Virus record (IMG/VR): IMGVR_UViG_2935901341_000001
Span: 7,424-71,423 of that record
Strand: one strand, 5' to 3'
Source: a virus
DNA: 64,000 nucleotides
This document shows, one piece after another, positions 18,501 to 28,012 of this stretch (the stretch's first letter is position 1; the number at the start of each line of letters is the position of its first letter). Under the pieces are notes generated by a model. The model was not told the DNA's origin, ran no database searches, and was given only the letters and a program-made list of their open reading frames with translations. A program made the translations under genes and the position numbers.

Positions 18501-19130
18501 GACAACGAACAGCATCCGCAAATATTGATCATCGCCGACAAGTTCGGTGTAGGCTCCGGCCGCATACGGCGGCGAGATACGGTGCACCCCGAAGATTTCC
18601 GGTATTGCCCCATATTGAGCTGCAGTGTTTTGCGCGCCTCCAATCGAATAGAGCGTTTTGGCAGACGGCAGAGAATCCGGCTTGGCCACCGGAAAAAGCG
18701 CGTTGATGATCAAAGAACCGGCGATGGAAATGCCAGCTCCGATCAGGCCGGTCGCCACACTCGCTGCTGCACCCGTAAGGCCGAGGAGCGTGCCAGCAAT
18801 CCAAGGCGCTGCCACCGCTGCGAAGATGGCGACGACCAGGCCAGCAATCATGCGTAGAGCACCCTTGCCGGGCACCTTGACGATGACAACGGAGACGCCT
18901 GGCTTCACGCGCACGCGCGGCCAATTCCGCTGCTCGATCACATGGCCGCCGAGGGAGATATGCAGCCGCACCGGATCGAGCCCGCAGCATGAGATTATCT
19001 CATCGATCGACAGACCGGCCGGCACCACGACATGCTCGCGGTGCTGGCGCAGCGGCGATCGACGGATGTAGACATCGACCCTTTCATCAGGCGCAATAAT
19101 CTGGGCATCCGCGTTGCGGACGGTCAGCAT
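15498..19130 (-). CDS. Tail tip / host-specificity protein (lambda J-like, with fused I-like N-terminus)
   Basis: 1210 aa; AAQYGAIPEIFG, YLRMLFVVGYGPI, RETYSLDTDFEHL, FN3-like segments. Confidence 0.88.
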   Translation of the reverse strand: MLTVRNADAQIIAPDERVDVYIRRSPLRQHREHVVVPAGLSIDEIISCCGLDPVRLHISLGGHVIEQRNWPRVRVKPGVSVVIVKVPGKGALRMIAGLVVAIFAAVAAPWIAGTLLGLTGAAASVATGLIGAGISIAGSLIINALFPVAKPDSLPSAKTLYSIGGAQNTAAQYGAIPEIFGVHRISPPYAAGAYTELVGDDQYLRMLFVVGYGPIAVSDLKIGETPISKFENLNIEIIEDHTATPLTLYTKPVYQEDVSVLLDGPTGWVERTTADDIDEISVDVSAPNGTYRYTSKGNRVYYTVWVEVQYKLSTSSTWLSLGTIDLTSNSPQAVRRTLANGVARGKYDVRTRKSTPDYEGKDNVSETVYWTAVRGRRNEPVINFPKPLTLIAMRIKATGQLNGTVNTFNCLATPKIPIWDGEAWLHAQDTRNPADHFMQVLRGNGNARPVPDAQIDFDSIHSWRAYCLARGFTFDLVASEQKSVYDRLTEIAAAGRAAVSYRDGRWGVVWDVPDSPIVQHFSPRNSANFSSVRAFADLPHAFRVKFINRDNSYLNDERVVYDDGYNKSNATKLEGIEFSGVTDPNLIWKQGRYHIAQLRLQRETYSLDTDFEHLVCTRGDRVRVNHDVVMWGAGTARVRTVISSPESVVLDDLLTMQAGKSYSMRFRAADGSSIVRTIVGADGDFDTFEFSDAGDLPAPGDLALFGEKGFESVVLRVKSITARQDLSARLELVDDAPGIMQADTGTIPPFQTGIAPIPDYRASAPTGLSYVETIWTTSPATSAIDLAWQAPNAGAGASYIVQYRATGDEFWITIPSVSAPQARIVNLATGVYDVRIRAVFASGELSGFLIGSFICSILASNPADVQDFRIGISGDIALLQWTLQADQAFSHCEIRFSPSISGVTWQTASTLRTNVIGSQTQVAAMVGTYLIKAVNFAGLQSVNAALIVSTVNPLTAFNAVEAMADAPDFLGAKSGVVALGGVLQLDTATNLFELADWFSVEDYFLSISGFLTEGVYDFADIIDLGEVHTSRVSAEVSAYGLVASLDLFKRGDWFDIPEFFGMASDALWNVRVEISSTVDDPSGSPAWSDWAELVTSDVAARAYRFRARLLSQQFDVTPVVETLSVTVDMPDRVIAENDLVVSTSGLSIGFSPAYYVLSGVSIAAQNMQTGDYYQITGKTSAGFTIIFRNASGAPVARTFDYVAKGYGYVQ

Positions 19131-19519
19131 GGGCTATACCTGAAGTAACCGGCGATGCGGCTTCGCCAGCGCATGTCACCCATCCGTTCGATCTGCGAGG
19201 GATGCGGTCCCTCCGAATGCAGCATCTGCCCATTGCCGATGAACACCCCGACATGGCTTTCGTCGCGACCGACGCGCATCAACACGCAATCTCCCGGCAC
19301 CGGCGCCTTGACATCTACCCAGTGCTGGGCCTTTTCGGCACCGATCAGTTGCGAGATCTCGCGTCGGTGAAAATCCACGTCGGTCATTTCGGCTGAATAC
19401 GAGGGGATCGGCGTGCCGCGGACGTCCCGGAAATAGAGAAACAGGATGCCCCAGCAATCTGCACCGTCGTAATCGCGACCGTGCGGCACATAGGGAATCC
19501 CGACAAACCTCTCCATCAA
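19124..19519 (-). CDS. NlpC/P60 tail-associated peptidase (lambda K-like)
   Basis: ADCWG...HVGV...LHS catalytic pattern. Confidence 0.9.
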   Translation of the reverse strand: MMERFVGIPYVPHGRDYDGADCWGILFLYFRDVRGTPIPSYSAEMTDVDFHRREISQLIGAEKAQHWVDVKAPVPGDCVLMRVGRDESHVGVFIGNGQMLHSEGPHPSQIERMGDMRWRSRIAGYFRYSPC

Positions 19520-20016
19520 AACAGCCCCGGAAACGCACCGGGCGTGAACTGCCCGGCCGGATGCGGTTCATTGATCAAGGGATCGGCAACAATGGTGTTC
19601 GAGATAGTGAGATCCTCGATCGTCGCATCCGACATCTGAAGCACCGGCACAGTTATCTCCACCGTGTCGGGGTCTGAGGCCATGATGATTTCCAGCTTGA
19701 CGCTCGGTGGCGTCGCGAAGGTGCGTAGGAGCGCCACCAGCGTGCGGTCGATATTGTCCAACGTCAGCTGCACCCGTGGAGCGCTATCGCTCTTGTCGTC
19801 CGGGAGGGTGAACTCGAACGGCAGGAAGATATACTGCTCGCCCCGACTTTCAGTCCCGTAGATCAGCGGATCCTCCGAAAGTCGCGTGGTCGGATCGCTG
19901 GAAATATAGATCGGCTCTTCCAGGCTCTCGTGCGTCACCGTCAGGAGGCAGATCGGAACCTCGTCCGTCTCCTGCGCATAAATAGCGCTTCGAAACGCCG
20001 CGCTCAGATCCCTCAT
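19516..20016 (-). CDS. DUF1833-like minor tail protein
   Basis: YIFLPFEFTLPDD...VQLTLDNID...FTPGAFPGLF. Confidence 0.85.
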   Translation of the reverse strand: MRDLSAAFRSAIYAQETDEVPICLLTVTHESLEEPIYISSDPTTRLSEDPLIYGTESRGEQYIFLPFEFTLPDDKSDSAPRVQLTLDNIDRTLVALLRTFATPPSVKLEIIMASDPDTVEITVPVLQMSDATIEDLTISNTIVADPLINEPHPAGQFTPGAFPGLF

Positions 20017-20366
20017 GGCAACACCTCGAGACCGATTTGCACGCGCCAAATAATCCCGATCGGCGTATAGGAAGCCGGCTGGCGCATCCTTACCAACAGC
20101 GGAGAGCCGCCATGGGGATCGGGGAAATTGAAAGCTTTCGAACGATCTTTGATGTCGTTCTTCACGAAAGACTTAAAGGCCTGACGCTGAGCCTCGCTCA
20201 TCTCCATGCTCCCGGTGATCGGCTGGACGTTCGATGTCGTGCGCCGGCGAACCTTCGCCGGCCCGACTGACACGTTGCTCGCGAGAAGATTGTCGGCGTC
20301 CTCTTCAGAATAGCCGTCCTTCAAGAAGGCCTGCGGCAGTTCGGCCGGCCAAGATGGGACTGTCAT
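20013..20366 (-). CDS. Distal tail protein (lambda M-like)
   Basis: WPAELP...GPAKVRRR...FNFPDP directly after the tape measure gene. Confidence 0.8.
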   Translation of the reverse strand: MTVPSWPAELPQAFLKDGYSEEDADNLLASNVSVGPAKVRRRTTSNVQPITGSMEMSEAQRQAFKSFVKNDIKDRSKAFNFPDPHGGSPLLVRMRQPASYTPIGIIWRVQIGLEVLP

Positions 20367-23300
20367 CGGCGCGCGAGCCCTTCCGAAAGACCGAATTGCG
20401 ACTTCGCTGCTCTGCGCGAGCTCGAGCCAGGTGTGTTGAGTTTGGCGGCAACGACCTCGTCGATGACCACGTCGAACTGCGGGCCGTCGTTCGTATCGCG
20501 CCGCTGCGTCCGGACATTCGATGAGGTGTTGTTGATGACGTTGAATTTCACATTCAGGTTCGCCGCAGATCTCGATGCGAGAAGCCCTTCCGTCACCTTG
20601 TTGGGAACGACCTGCGCGCCACGCGGGAGGTTCACCAGCTCTCGGCCGTTTTCGCCGACCATTGCGACGCCGCCAGGCGCATTATCGGTACCGTTCGCAT
20701 AGCCGCGGACAAGGAAGCTGCCGAATGTCGTATTCGGCGCCCAGAGAGCGCTTGTCGGCGAAATGCCGCCAAACAATTTCCCAACGCCTCCGAGGCCTCC
20801 GGATGGACTGTTGACGCCATTTGCCGCCGCCATGAGCTGCTGCGAGAACTGGCCGATGCCATTCCCAAGGTTGCCCAGGCCCTGCGCTGTGTTGTTGACG
20901 GCCGGCCCGAGACTGTTGAGGCCGCCACCAAATCCACTCAGACCCTTCGTTGCGACGCTAGCGGAAGAACTGAGCTTGTTGACCGCATCGGCGGCGCTCT
21001 CCATGTTCTGGTTGGCACCGATCCCCTGCCACTTGCTAATTCCCGCCTTGCCGGCGCCATACCACGCGCCCCAGCCGTTTTTGGCCGCATGGTCGAGCGC
21101 GAAATCAACGCCTGCAGGCCCATTCGCAGGGACAGCCGGATCGAGGCCGGTTTGCGCCATGAATGAGTTCCCAAGACCCCCGCCCTTATAGAGCTGGAAT
21201 GGACCGAAGGACGGCTCCTGGACGCCATTCTTGAAATAGTTTGACTGCAAGTTCCAGCTGCTGAGACCACCTTCGGAGCGCGCAACAGCAAGTGCTGTGC
21301 TTGGATCGATGCCGCGCTGGGCAGCCGCCTTGGCAATGTAGGAAGCGATATCCGTTTGCGGGATCTGCGTGATCGTGGATTTGACAGCTTGGTCGATAAG
21401 ACCGCCGCGCCGGCTGAGCGTCTCAACGGACGGCAGCACGGCAGAGGTGACGTTGCCGGTAACGACGCCTGGCAGGTTCTGGTTGGCTGCCGCGGGAATG
21501 TTGCCGTTGGCACCAAGGAGGCCACCAAGCGCTCCAGCCGTCCCCCCGTTGATTACGACGTTCGCGGCGGTGACGTTCATTGCACCGACGCTGCGATCGC
21601 CGAGGAGGCCGCCTAGTGCGCCGCTTCCGCCCTTGGCCAGGTCAGAGAAGGTTCCGAGGTTAGTTCCGAAGGCACCATTTTTCAGCGGGTTGGCCACGCC
21701 TAGCTCAAGAACCGTCTTCGTGACGTCCTTCAGCACGCTGTTCAAGACATCGACCGGCTTTTCACCATTGACGATGCCGTCGACGACAGTGTCGATCGCG
21801 CTGGTACCGGCATCGCGATAGGTATCCCAGGCATCCTTGCTGCGATCGAGGGCGAGGTTCTGATCCACAATGGCGCCTGCAACTTCGCGGATTGCTGCCG
21901 CCTGCTTCCCCGCGGCATCGATGCCAAGATCACGGATCTTCCGCTCGGCATCGAAGCGCGCCAGCGTTTGCGCCTGGACGGCCGGCGTCTCACCGACGAC
22001 GGCTTGCTGAGCCCGCAGACGCTCCAGCGCGTCGGTTTGGCTCTTGATATAGTCGGTCGCCGAGGCCTGCCGCTGCTCCTCTGCCAACCCGGCGTATGAC
22101 CGCCGCAGATCGTCGAGGATTTCCTTCAGTTCAGTCTTTCGCTCGCCTTCGGCCGTGTCGTAAGCCAAAACGAGGGGGCGAAGCGCCAATTCCTCCTGAA
22201 GCTTGCTCTGCGCCTCGCCGCGCGTAATGGTCCCGGCGGCAACCTGCTGGTCGAGCTTTAGCCGGGTCGCCAGTTCGGATTGCATGTCGGCGATTTGCGA
22301 GCGATTGCCGGAAAGGAACTCCTCTATGGCCATCGTGTAAGCGCGCTGCGCCGCCGCATTGGCTTCCGTGGCGCTGACTTCCTGCAGACTGAGCTCGATA
22401 CGCGTGCGGCGCTGGATCAGCTCAGCGCGCAGGATCGGATTGCGTTCGTTGCTCGCGGCGATATCGAGCTTCTCGATCTCCGTCAGGCGCGTCTGGCGGC
22501 TGAGCAGCGCCTCAAGCAGCGTCTTTTTCGCTTCGAGGGCGGAGTTGATGCGCTCCTCCTGCTCCGCGCTTGTTCCGGCCCGCTGCGCCTCGAGCGTCGC
22601 GATCTGATTTTGCAGCGTCTGGATCTGCATCAGATTGCCGACGGCCGGCGACTGGTCGGCGACGCCAACGGCGGCAACGCCTGCGTTGGACAGCCGGGCG
22701 CTTTCGCGATCGCGCGCTGCCTGCTCGTCGCGCTGGCGCTTCTGCTCCTGCAACTCCTGCAGGCGGGTCGAGTCCGCGAAGGGCTGAAGATTGGTCGGCG
22801 AGAAGAGGCCGAACAAACTGGAGAGCGGATTGCTCTTCAGCCGCTCCTGCACCTTCTCGGCTTCCGCGATCTGCTCTTCCAGCGAAGGGCCATAAATGGA
22901 GCGGTCTACCGCCTGCCCGAGCTTATCGAACGCCCAACCCGCGAAGGTACCAACGTTTTGCCAGGCCCGGCCCAGTGCGGTTGTGGCTTCGGTCGCCTTG
23001 GCAAGCCGGTTCGGCAATGCATCAAGCAGCACGCTCTGGGCTTCGGTCAGGCGGTTCTGCGCTGCGAGGTTCGAAGCATATTCGGCCGTCTTGGCGTCGA
23101 TCAGACCGTATTGCCGCGAAAGGGCGTCGGCCGCGGTAGCAGGATCGGCAAACATCTGCGCCAGGGTCTCCCCGGCTTTCGACGCATCCTGACCGATGGT
23201 AACGCCGAAATTCTTCGAGATCCCGATCAGGCGCTCGTAGTTCTCCGATCCGATCTTGCCCGTCCGGAGGAACTGAACCTCCATATCTCGAGCCGCTTTG

Positions 23301-24922
23301 ATCGAGATGCCGGCAGCAGCAGCGCCAGCCTGGGCGGATGCTTCAAGCTGATCCCGGCTGCCCGCCACGGCGCGGCCGAGGCCGCTCGCCGCTGTGTCCA
23401 CCGCCTTAACCGAGACGATGTAATCGTTCCACGCCTTGGCGGCGGTTCCGAGGACGGCGACGGTGCCGGCGATCGCCAGCGTAGCTGCGCCAGTCGAACT
23501 GACCAGGCTCTTGATGGCCGTGCTGTCGGCCGCGAAGATCTGCGCGATCTGCGGTCCCTGCTGAAGCGCGACCTGAGAAAGCGGCATACCGAGCGCGAGT
23601 GACTGCGCAACGTCGGTGCCCTGATAGAGCAGATTCGTCAGCTGATAGCTCGGCAATCCGCTGACGCCGCCCTTCTTCTGGCGGTTCAGCTCTGTCGAAT
23701 ACGCGTCGTAACGCTGACGGGCGACCAGCTGGGCCCTGCCGAGCTCTTCGGTCGAGATCGCGCCGCGATCCGCGAGGCTCTGATACTCGGCCAGTTCGGC
23801 GTTCAGACGGCTTTGCGCGGCGCTCAACGGGTCGATCTGCGCGCGCACGGCGGCAACCTGCCGCTCGAGCTGCTCGGCCGCCTGCGCACTTTCCTCGAAA
23901 ACGCTCGCGGAAGCACGCGCCGACGTGCCGTAACCGTTGATCCCGAGGCGATCATTCAGATCGGACGAGAACGACGCCCCCTGCTGCTGCCGGCGAAGCC
24001 TGTCCAGTTCATCCTGCTGGGCGAACTGCTGCGCGAAAACGGCTGCGGAGTCCCGTGCCGAGGTCCCTGCCCCGCCGGAGAAGCGACGGTTCAAATCGGC
24101 CGCGAAATTCTGGGCCTCCTGCTCCGCACGCATGCGGGCAATTTCGAACTGGCGGGTGAAGACGGCGGCCGACTGGGCTGCGGTGTTATCGTTCGCCAAG
24201 CCAACACCCAGGCGCTGGTTGAATGCGGACTGAGCGCGATCGGCCGCCTGCGCTTCCCTCGCCTCCTGCGCAAGCCGGGCATACTCTTCGCGCTGGCGCT
24301 TGGCTGCGGCGGCAACAGCATCATGCTTCGTGACGATCGCCTCGAGCGCGCGTTCGTATCCGCCAGTGATTTGCACGCCGAGGCGCTCGGCTTCTGCCAA
24401 ATCATTGAGTTCACCCGAGAGTCGCTGCGCGGAAACGTAGGTGGGGTCGAACTGCTGGCGTAGCTGCTCGATCCGCGCGGACATCGCCGTCGCGGACTCG
24501 GCGACCGTGCTCTGGCTCAGCTTGGAATTGACGTTCTCGATCGCCGACGCGAGGCCGGTGTAGCCGCGCTTGGTCAGTTCGGCCGCATCGGCAACCAGGC
24601 CGAACCGCTTCTGCAGTCCGGAATAGATCAGCTCAAGGTGCTCGACGGAAGCGGCGCTGGTATCCTGCGAGCGTGCTAGACGAACGAGTTCGGAGTTGAA
24701 CTTGGCGGCGTTGCCGTAGCCGTCGACATAGGTTCGGCTCAGGCGCTCGAGCAGCGGGACGGCCGAGGATACTTTGATGGTAAGACCGTCGACGGCCTGG
24801 CCGGAAGCCCTGCTTGACTCCGTCCCTGCGCGATCGGCGGCGACCTTCTGGTTCATGCCGGCGACATATCGCCCGGCATCGAAATCAGATGTGACGCGCA
24901 GAGTGCGCAACTCTACAGCCAT
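20363..24922 (-). CDS. Tape measure protein with internal lytic-transglycosylase-like domain
   Basis: 1519 aa Ala-rich helical; QVALQQGPQI TMP motif; GIDPSTALAVARSEGG...GPFQL...WGAW muralytic segment near 21040-21350. Confidence 0.93.
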   Translation of the reverse strand: MAVELRTLRVTSDFDAGRYVAGMNQKVAADRAGTESSRASGQAVDGLTIKVSSAVPLLERLSRTYVDGYGNAAKFNSELVRLARSQDTSAASVEHLELIYSGLQKRFGLVADAAELTKRGYTGLASAIENVNSKLSQSTVAESATAMSARIEQLRQQFDPTYVSAQRLSGELNDLAEAERLGVQITGGYERALEAIVTKHDAVAAAAKRQREEYARLAQEAREAQAADRAQSAFNQRLGVGLANDNTAAQSAAVFTRQFEIARMRAEQEAQNFAADLNRRFSGGAGTSARDSAAVFAQQFAQQDELDRLRRQQQGASFSSDLNDRLGINGYGTSARASASVFEESAQAAEQLERQVAAVRAQIDPLSAAQSRLNAELAEYQSLADRGAISTEELGRAQLVARQRYDAYSTELNRQKKGGVSGLPSYQLTNLLYQGTDVAQSLALGMPLSQVALQQGPQIAQIFAADSTAIKSLVSSTGAATLAIAGTVAVLGTAAKAWNDYIVSVKAVDTAASGLGRAVAGSRDQLEASAQAGAAAAGISIKAARDMEVQFLRTGKIGSENYERLIGISKNFGVTIGQDASKAGETLAQMFADPATAADALSRQYGLIDAKTAEYASNLAAQNRLTEAQSVLLDALPNRLAKATEATTALGRAWQNVGTFAGWAFDKLGQAVDRSIYGPSLEEQIAEAEKVQERLKSNPLSSLFGLFSPTNLQPFADSTRLQELQEQKRQRDEQAARDRESARLSNAGVAAVGVADQSPAVGNLMQIQTLQNQIATLEAQRAGTSAEQEERINSALEAKKTLLEALLSRQTRLTEIEKLDIAASNERNPILRAELIQRRTRIELSLQEVSATEANAAAQRAYTMAIEEFLSGNRSQIADMQSELATRLKLDQQVAAGTITRGEAQSKLQEELALRPLVLAYDTAEGERKTELKEILDDLRRSYAGLAEEQRQASATDYIKSQTDALERLRAQQAVVGETPAVQAQTLARFDAERKIRDLGIDAAGKQAAAIREVAGAIVDQNLALDRSKDAWDTYRDAGTSAIDTVVDGIVNGEKPVDVLNSVLKDVTKTVLELGVANPLKNGAFGTNLGTFSDLAKGGSGALGGLLGDRSVGAMNVTAANVVINGGTAGALGGLLGANGNIPAAANQNLPGVVTGNVTSAVLPSVETLSRRGGLIDQAVKSTITQIPQTDIASYIAKAAAQRGIDPSTALAVARSEGGLSSWNLQSNYFKNGVQEPSFGPFQLYKGGGLGNSFMAQTGLDPAVPANGPAGVDFALDHAAKNGWGAWYGAGKAGISKWQGIGANQNMESAADAVNKLSSSASVATKGLSGFGGGLNSLGPAVNNTAQGLGNLGNGIGQFSQQLMAAANGVNSPSGGLGGVGKLFGGISPTSALWAPNTTFGSFLVRGYANGTDNAPGGVAMVGENGRELVNLPRGAQVVPNKVTEGLLASRSAANLNVKFNVINNTSSNVRTQRRDTNDGPQFDVVIDEVVAAKLNTPGSSSRRAAKSQFGLSEGLARR

Positions 24923-24971
24923 TTGTCTATCCTTCGATACGGGGTGATATAGCTAGCGCCGGAACGCGCCG

Positions 24972-25337
24972 CTATTCCTTGTCGGTCTTCAACCGCTCGG
25001 CCTCGATCTCAAGGAAAACTCGATCGAGAGCGTACATGGTCTGGAGAAATCGCCCGAAGTCGTTTCCGGTGATGCCGTGATCCCGGGCATAGGTGCTGAG
25101 GGCCACGTAGGAGATGGGCGTTTGGCCGCCGAAGGCGCCGTAGAACCGGTCGTAACGGAGGGCGTCGAAGGCTCTAAAATAGAGATCGTGCCACGGACGC
25201 GGCTTGAAGCCGCGATCCGATGTTGTCTGAAGCCATGCCTCTTCTGGATTTTCGTCCGCGATCTCGCGAAGCCATTCCGATATTTCTGCCGCCTCCTCGC
25301 GTCCTAGTCGGTGACGGAAGGCGGCAATGAGTTTCCC
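24972..25337 (-). CDS. Tail assembly chaperone gpT-like extension, made by -1 frameshift
   Basis: The -1 frame opens at the slippery site: GKLIAAFRHRLG...ALRYDRFYGAFGGQTPISY. Confidence 0.75.
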   Translation of the reverse strand, partial: GKLIAAFRHRLGREEAAEISEWLREIADENPEEAWLQTTSDRGFKPRPWHDLYFRAFDALRYDRFYGAFGGQTPISYVALSTYARDHGITGNDFGRFLQTMYALDRVFLEIEAERLKTDKE

Positions 25338-25732
25338 TCTTCGGCCACGGTGTATTCGACTTCGATCTGGCTGATCTTTGCCGCGCACCATCCGATTGCC
25401 TGAACCACGACACGGTATTCCGGATCGCTCAGCGTCGCCAGCGCTAGTTCCTGCGTATAATCCTCATCCAGCCCCTCCCATCCGTGAAGGATGTGTTCGG
25501 CGTACAGCGCGCCGAGCTCGGCATTGATGACTTCGGTGGGAACTGGCGAGTCCCCATAGATCTTTCCGACGCGCTGGAACATCAGACCGCGAGCCGTCTC
25601 ATATTCCGGCATAGTCAAAGCAGAAACGTTGAAACGTACCCCTTCCCAGTCGGGAAAGGGTATCCAATCACCCTTCTTCTCTCGTTCCAGGTTTGCCTTC
25701 AGGCTTGTCAGCTTCAGTTTCCGCGATGTCAT
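25304..25732 (-). CDS. Tail assembly chaperone gpG-like
   Basis: GDWIPFPDW...ILHGWEGL...LSDPEY; located between tube and tape measure genes. Confidence 0.85.
   Translation of the reverse strand: MTSRKLKLTSLKANLEREKKGDWIPFPDWEGVRFNVSALTMPEYETARGLMFQRVGKIYGDSPVPTEVINAELGALYAEHILHGWEGLDEDYTQELALATLSDPEYRVVVQAIGWCAAKISQIEVEYTVAEEGNSLPPSVTD
25331..25337 (-). promoter_or_regulatory. Programmed -1 ribosomal frameshift heptamer G GGA AAC
   Basis: X XXY YYZ pattern in the gpG frame, 9 codons before its stop. Confidence 0.8.
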
Positions 25733-25916
25733 TGGTGCTGCTTTCTTCCTCGGCTACAGGCGCGTCCTGGGTGAGCTTCTTGGCGCGCATGAGTTTGATG
25801 AAATCTGCGGGCATGGGCTCGCTTTCCACGCCGGCGGTGAAGTGGGTTTTGACGTCGTTCGGAAAGCCGGTGAACGACACTGCAGGAATGAAGGTGCCTT
25901 TGTACTTGCCAGCCAT
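25668..25916 (-). CDS. Small hypothetical tail-region protein
   Basis: ORF coupled to the tube gene stop; acidic low-complexity tail. Confidence 0.6.
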   Translation of the reverse strand: MAGKYKGTFIPAVSFTGFPNDVKTHFTAGVESEPMPADFIKLMRAKKLTQDAPVAEEESSTNDIAETEADKPEGKPGTREEG

Positions 25917-26848
25917 CACGCAACCGCCCTTGTTACGACCAGAGTTGCTGCGGCGGTTGCGTCGATGATGGCGGTGAAAGGCACCTCCATTACAACGGCG
26001 CGACCGTTTCCAGGACCGACGGGCGAGCCGTTTGTCAGCTTCAGCTTCGGAACCGAGAACGTGTACTTATTGCCGGTGCTGGCGCCGATCGTGAAGGTCA
26101 GCGACAGATCGCTGTGATTGATGACCGCGTCGAACAGATCCTTGTTCTCGAAGATCGCGGTCATGGACCCCGAGACATCGAAAAGGCCGAAGCCGAAGTC
26201 ATAGGTCTCGTATTGGCCAATGGCATCAACGGCGTAGACGTTGTTGTTGATGCGCAGCGATAGCGCTTGCAACTTCGGACTTGCCGTTACGCCGGCTATG
26301 ACGAGCGAACCGACATTCAGGGCGGCATTCAGGACCGGCGTGGTAGTCGGATCGGTGTAAGTCGCCCCGGTGACAATCGCAGTATCCGGATTTGGACTGC
26401 CAATGCCCATCAGGCCCCAATTGGCAGTAACGTTCTGCTTCGCATTCAACTGCAGGTCCAGCGTGTTCACCCGGCAGCCGCGGTAACGGGCATAGACGTC
26501 GGTCGCGCCCAGCTCGAATGTCTTTTCGAACGCCAGCGTCTTCACGACGTTGCCGTTTTTCAGGACGTTGGTCGCCCAGTCGTTCGCGAGTAAGGCGCTG
26601 AGCCAATCGTCGAACGTGCCGTATGACAACAGCGTGTTGATCGGGCCAGTGACCTGGCGCCCGACGTCGGTCACGTCGCTGCGATTCCTGTCCGGCCGAA
26701 CTTCGTCAGACGACACCGTCTGCTTGTCGAGCGTGAGGCCTTCGGTCACGTAACGCGCTATTTTCCAGGTCGGCGTCGCCGGGATTGTGCCCGGTACCGC
26801 CTCCATCACGTACGCAAGGCGTGTCTGCGAGCCGTGAGCTACAGCCAT
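25916..26848 (-). CDS. Major tail tube protein
   Basis: Canonical position after the tail terminator; beta-rich 310 aa. Confidence 0.88.
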   Translation of the reverse strand: MAVAHGSQTRLAYVMEAVPGTIPATPTWKIARYVTEGLTLDKQTVSSDEVRPDRNRSDVTDVGRQVTGPINTLLSYGTFDDWLSALLANDWATNVLKNGNVVKTLAFEKTFELGATDVYARYRGCRVNTLDLQLNAKQNVTANWGLMGIGSPNPDTAIVTGATYTDPTTTPVLNAALNVGSLVIAGVTASPKLQALSLRINNNVYAVDAIGQYETYDFGFGLFDVSGSMTAIFENKDLFDAVINHSDLSLTFTIGASTGNKYTFSVPKLKLTNGSPVGPGNGRAVVMEVPFTAIIDATAAATLVVTRAVA

Positions 26849-26944
26849 GATAAGGGCTCCATCAGTGGGAAGGGCGCGTCGTCACGACGGGCCAGTGCGC
26901 GCTTGCCGAAGGCGCGTGTTCGGCGTCCGGACGGGCCGGAAGTG

Positions 26945-27361
26945 CTATGATCCAGTGGTGTCGCGCCGATCGAAGCCGATCGTCAGCGTCATCGCGAAGA
27001 AGTTGGGAAAGTCCCTGCCCGGCTCGCCGCTGCCGATCGACATGCGCTGAAAGTTCATCGTGCCGACCGGATGCTCGCGAAACAGGTTCGAAAGACGCTT
27101 TGCGATCGCCCTCGCCTCACGCGATCCGGTACCGTCCGGAACCATGACGTGGAAATAGGCCGCGCCATCCTCGACCCACTCATTCTGTCCCGGCGCGCCA
27201 AAGGTGTCCTGCTCGAGCAGATCTCCGACGATCTCGACATAGACGAACGCCGTCTGGGAATCTGGATCGCTGACCTTGTCGTTCTCGTAGATCACGACCG
27301 TCTCCGACCAGGAGTCGAAGAGCACCTCGCTGATCGCGTCGAAAGCTTCCGGACTTGCCAT
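26945..27361 (-). CDS. Tail terminator-like protein
   Basis: VIYEN...FVYVEI...VPDGTGS...LSNLF pattern and position. Confidence 0.75.
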   Translation of the reverse strand: MASPEAFDAISEVLFDSWSETVVIYENDKVSDPDSQTAFVYVEIVGDLLEQDTFGAPGQNEWVEDGAAYFHVMVPDGTGSREARAIAKRLSNLFREHPVGTMNFQRMSIGSGEPGRDFPNFFAMTLTIGFDRRDTTGS

Positions 27362-28012
27362 TCAAAGCACCATGGACATGATGACGGCGGGATAGCTGAT
27401 TGGCATGCCCGCCTGCCGATCTTTTCGTCGTCCCTGGCTGTGCTTGAGCACGTAAGGGATTTCCGGATGAACGCCGGCGGCGATATCCAGCCATTTGGTT
27501 TCGAAGAGGTACCCGGCGCCTGTCCGCCCTTCGTTGCCAAAGCGGCGCGCCAGCGCCCGCTTCGTGCCGTCGAAGATCGCAAAACGCTTGGTGCCGAGCA
27601 GACCAGCCTCAGCCTTTCGAATGTAGGGCTGGAAGTTGGTGACGATGACCTCGGAGGCCGCGGCCACGTCGGTGTCGTGGGGCACGACCTCACCGTTGAC
27701 CACGACGATGAATGAGTTGCGAAAGCGGCCACTGCGCACCGGCGAGCGGCGCTGCAGTTCCGAAATCGCATAGGCGATAATCTCAGCCCAAAGCGAGAAC
27801 TGGTAGACGATCGGCCCAGGCGCGATGACCTCGTCTTCGGACTGCGCCAGTCGGCCGTTGACATACAGTTGGTAGCTCTTGCTCGCGCCGCCGGTTTGGG
27901 CCCGGCGTAGCTCCGCTCGCGCAAAGTCGGCGAGCGCCTTGTTGATGGCCGCCGGCGCAATGCCGGCAGTCGCCAGTTGGATTTCCCGCTCGAAAGTTTC
28001 GAAGGTCGCCAT
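27362..28012 (-). CDS. Neck / tail-completion protein (HK97 gp10-like)
   Basis: SPVRSGRFRNS...VTNFQPYIRKAE motif. Confidence 0.7.
   Translation of the reverse strand: MATFETFEREIQLATAGIAPAAINKALADFARAELRRAQTGGASKSYQLYVNGRLAQSEDEVIAPGPIVYQFSLWAEIIAYAISELQRRSPVRSGRFRNSFIVVVNGEVVPHDTDVAAASEVIVTNFQPYIRKAEAGLLGTKRFAIFDGTKRALARRFGNEGRTGAGYLFETKWLDIAAGVHPEIPYVLKHSQGRRKDRQAGMPISYPAVIMSMVL

Noticed and set aside
14641-19130. Diversity-generating retroelement or invertible tail-fibre cassette
   Set aside because: No reverse transcriptase, invertase, template repeat or inverted crossover sites seen.
22280-23602. 440-aa plus-strand ORF and similar long ORFs opposite the tape measure gene
   Set aside because: Stop-poor reverse frames of a GC-rich coding sequence.
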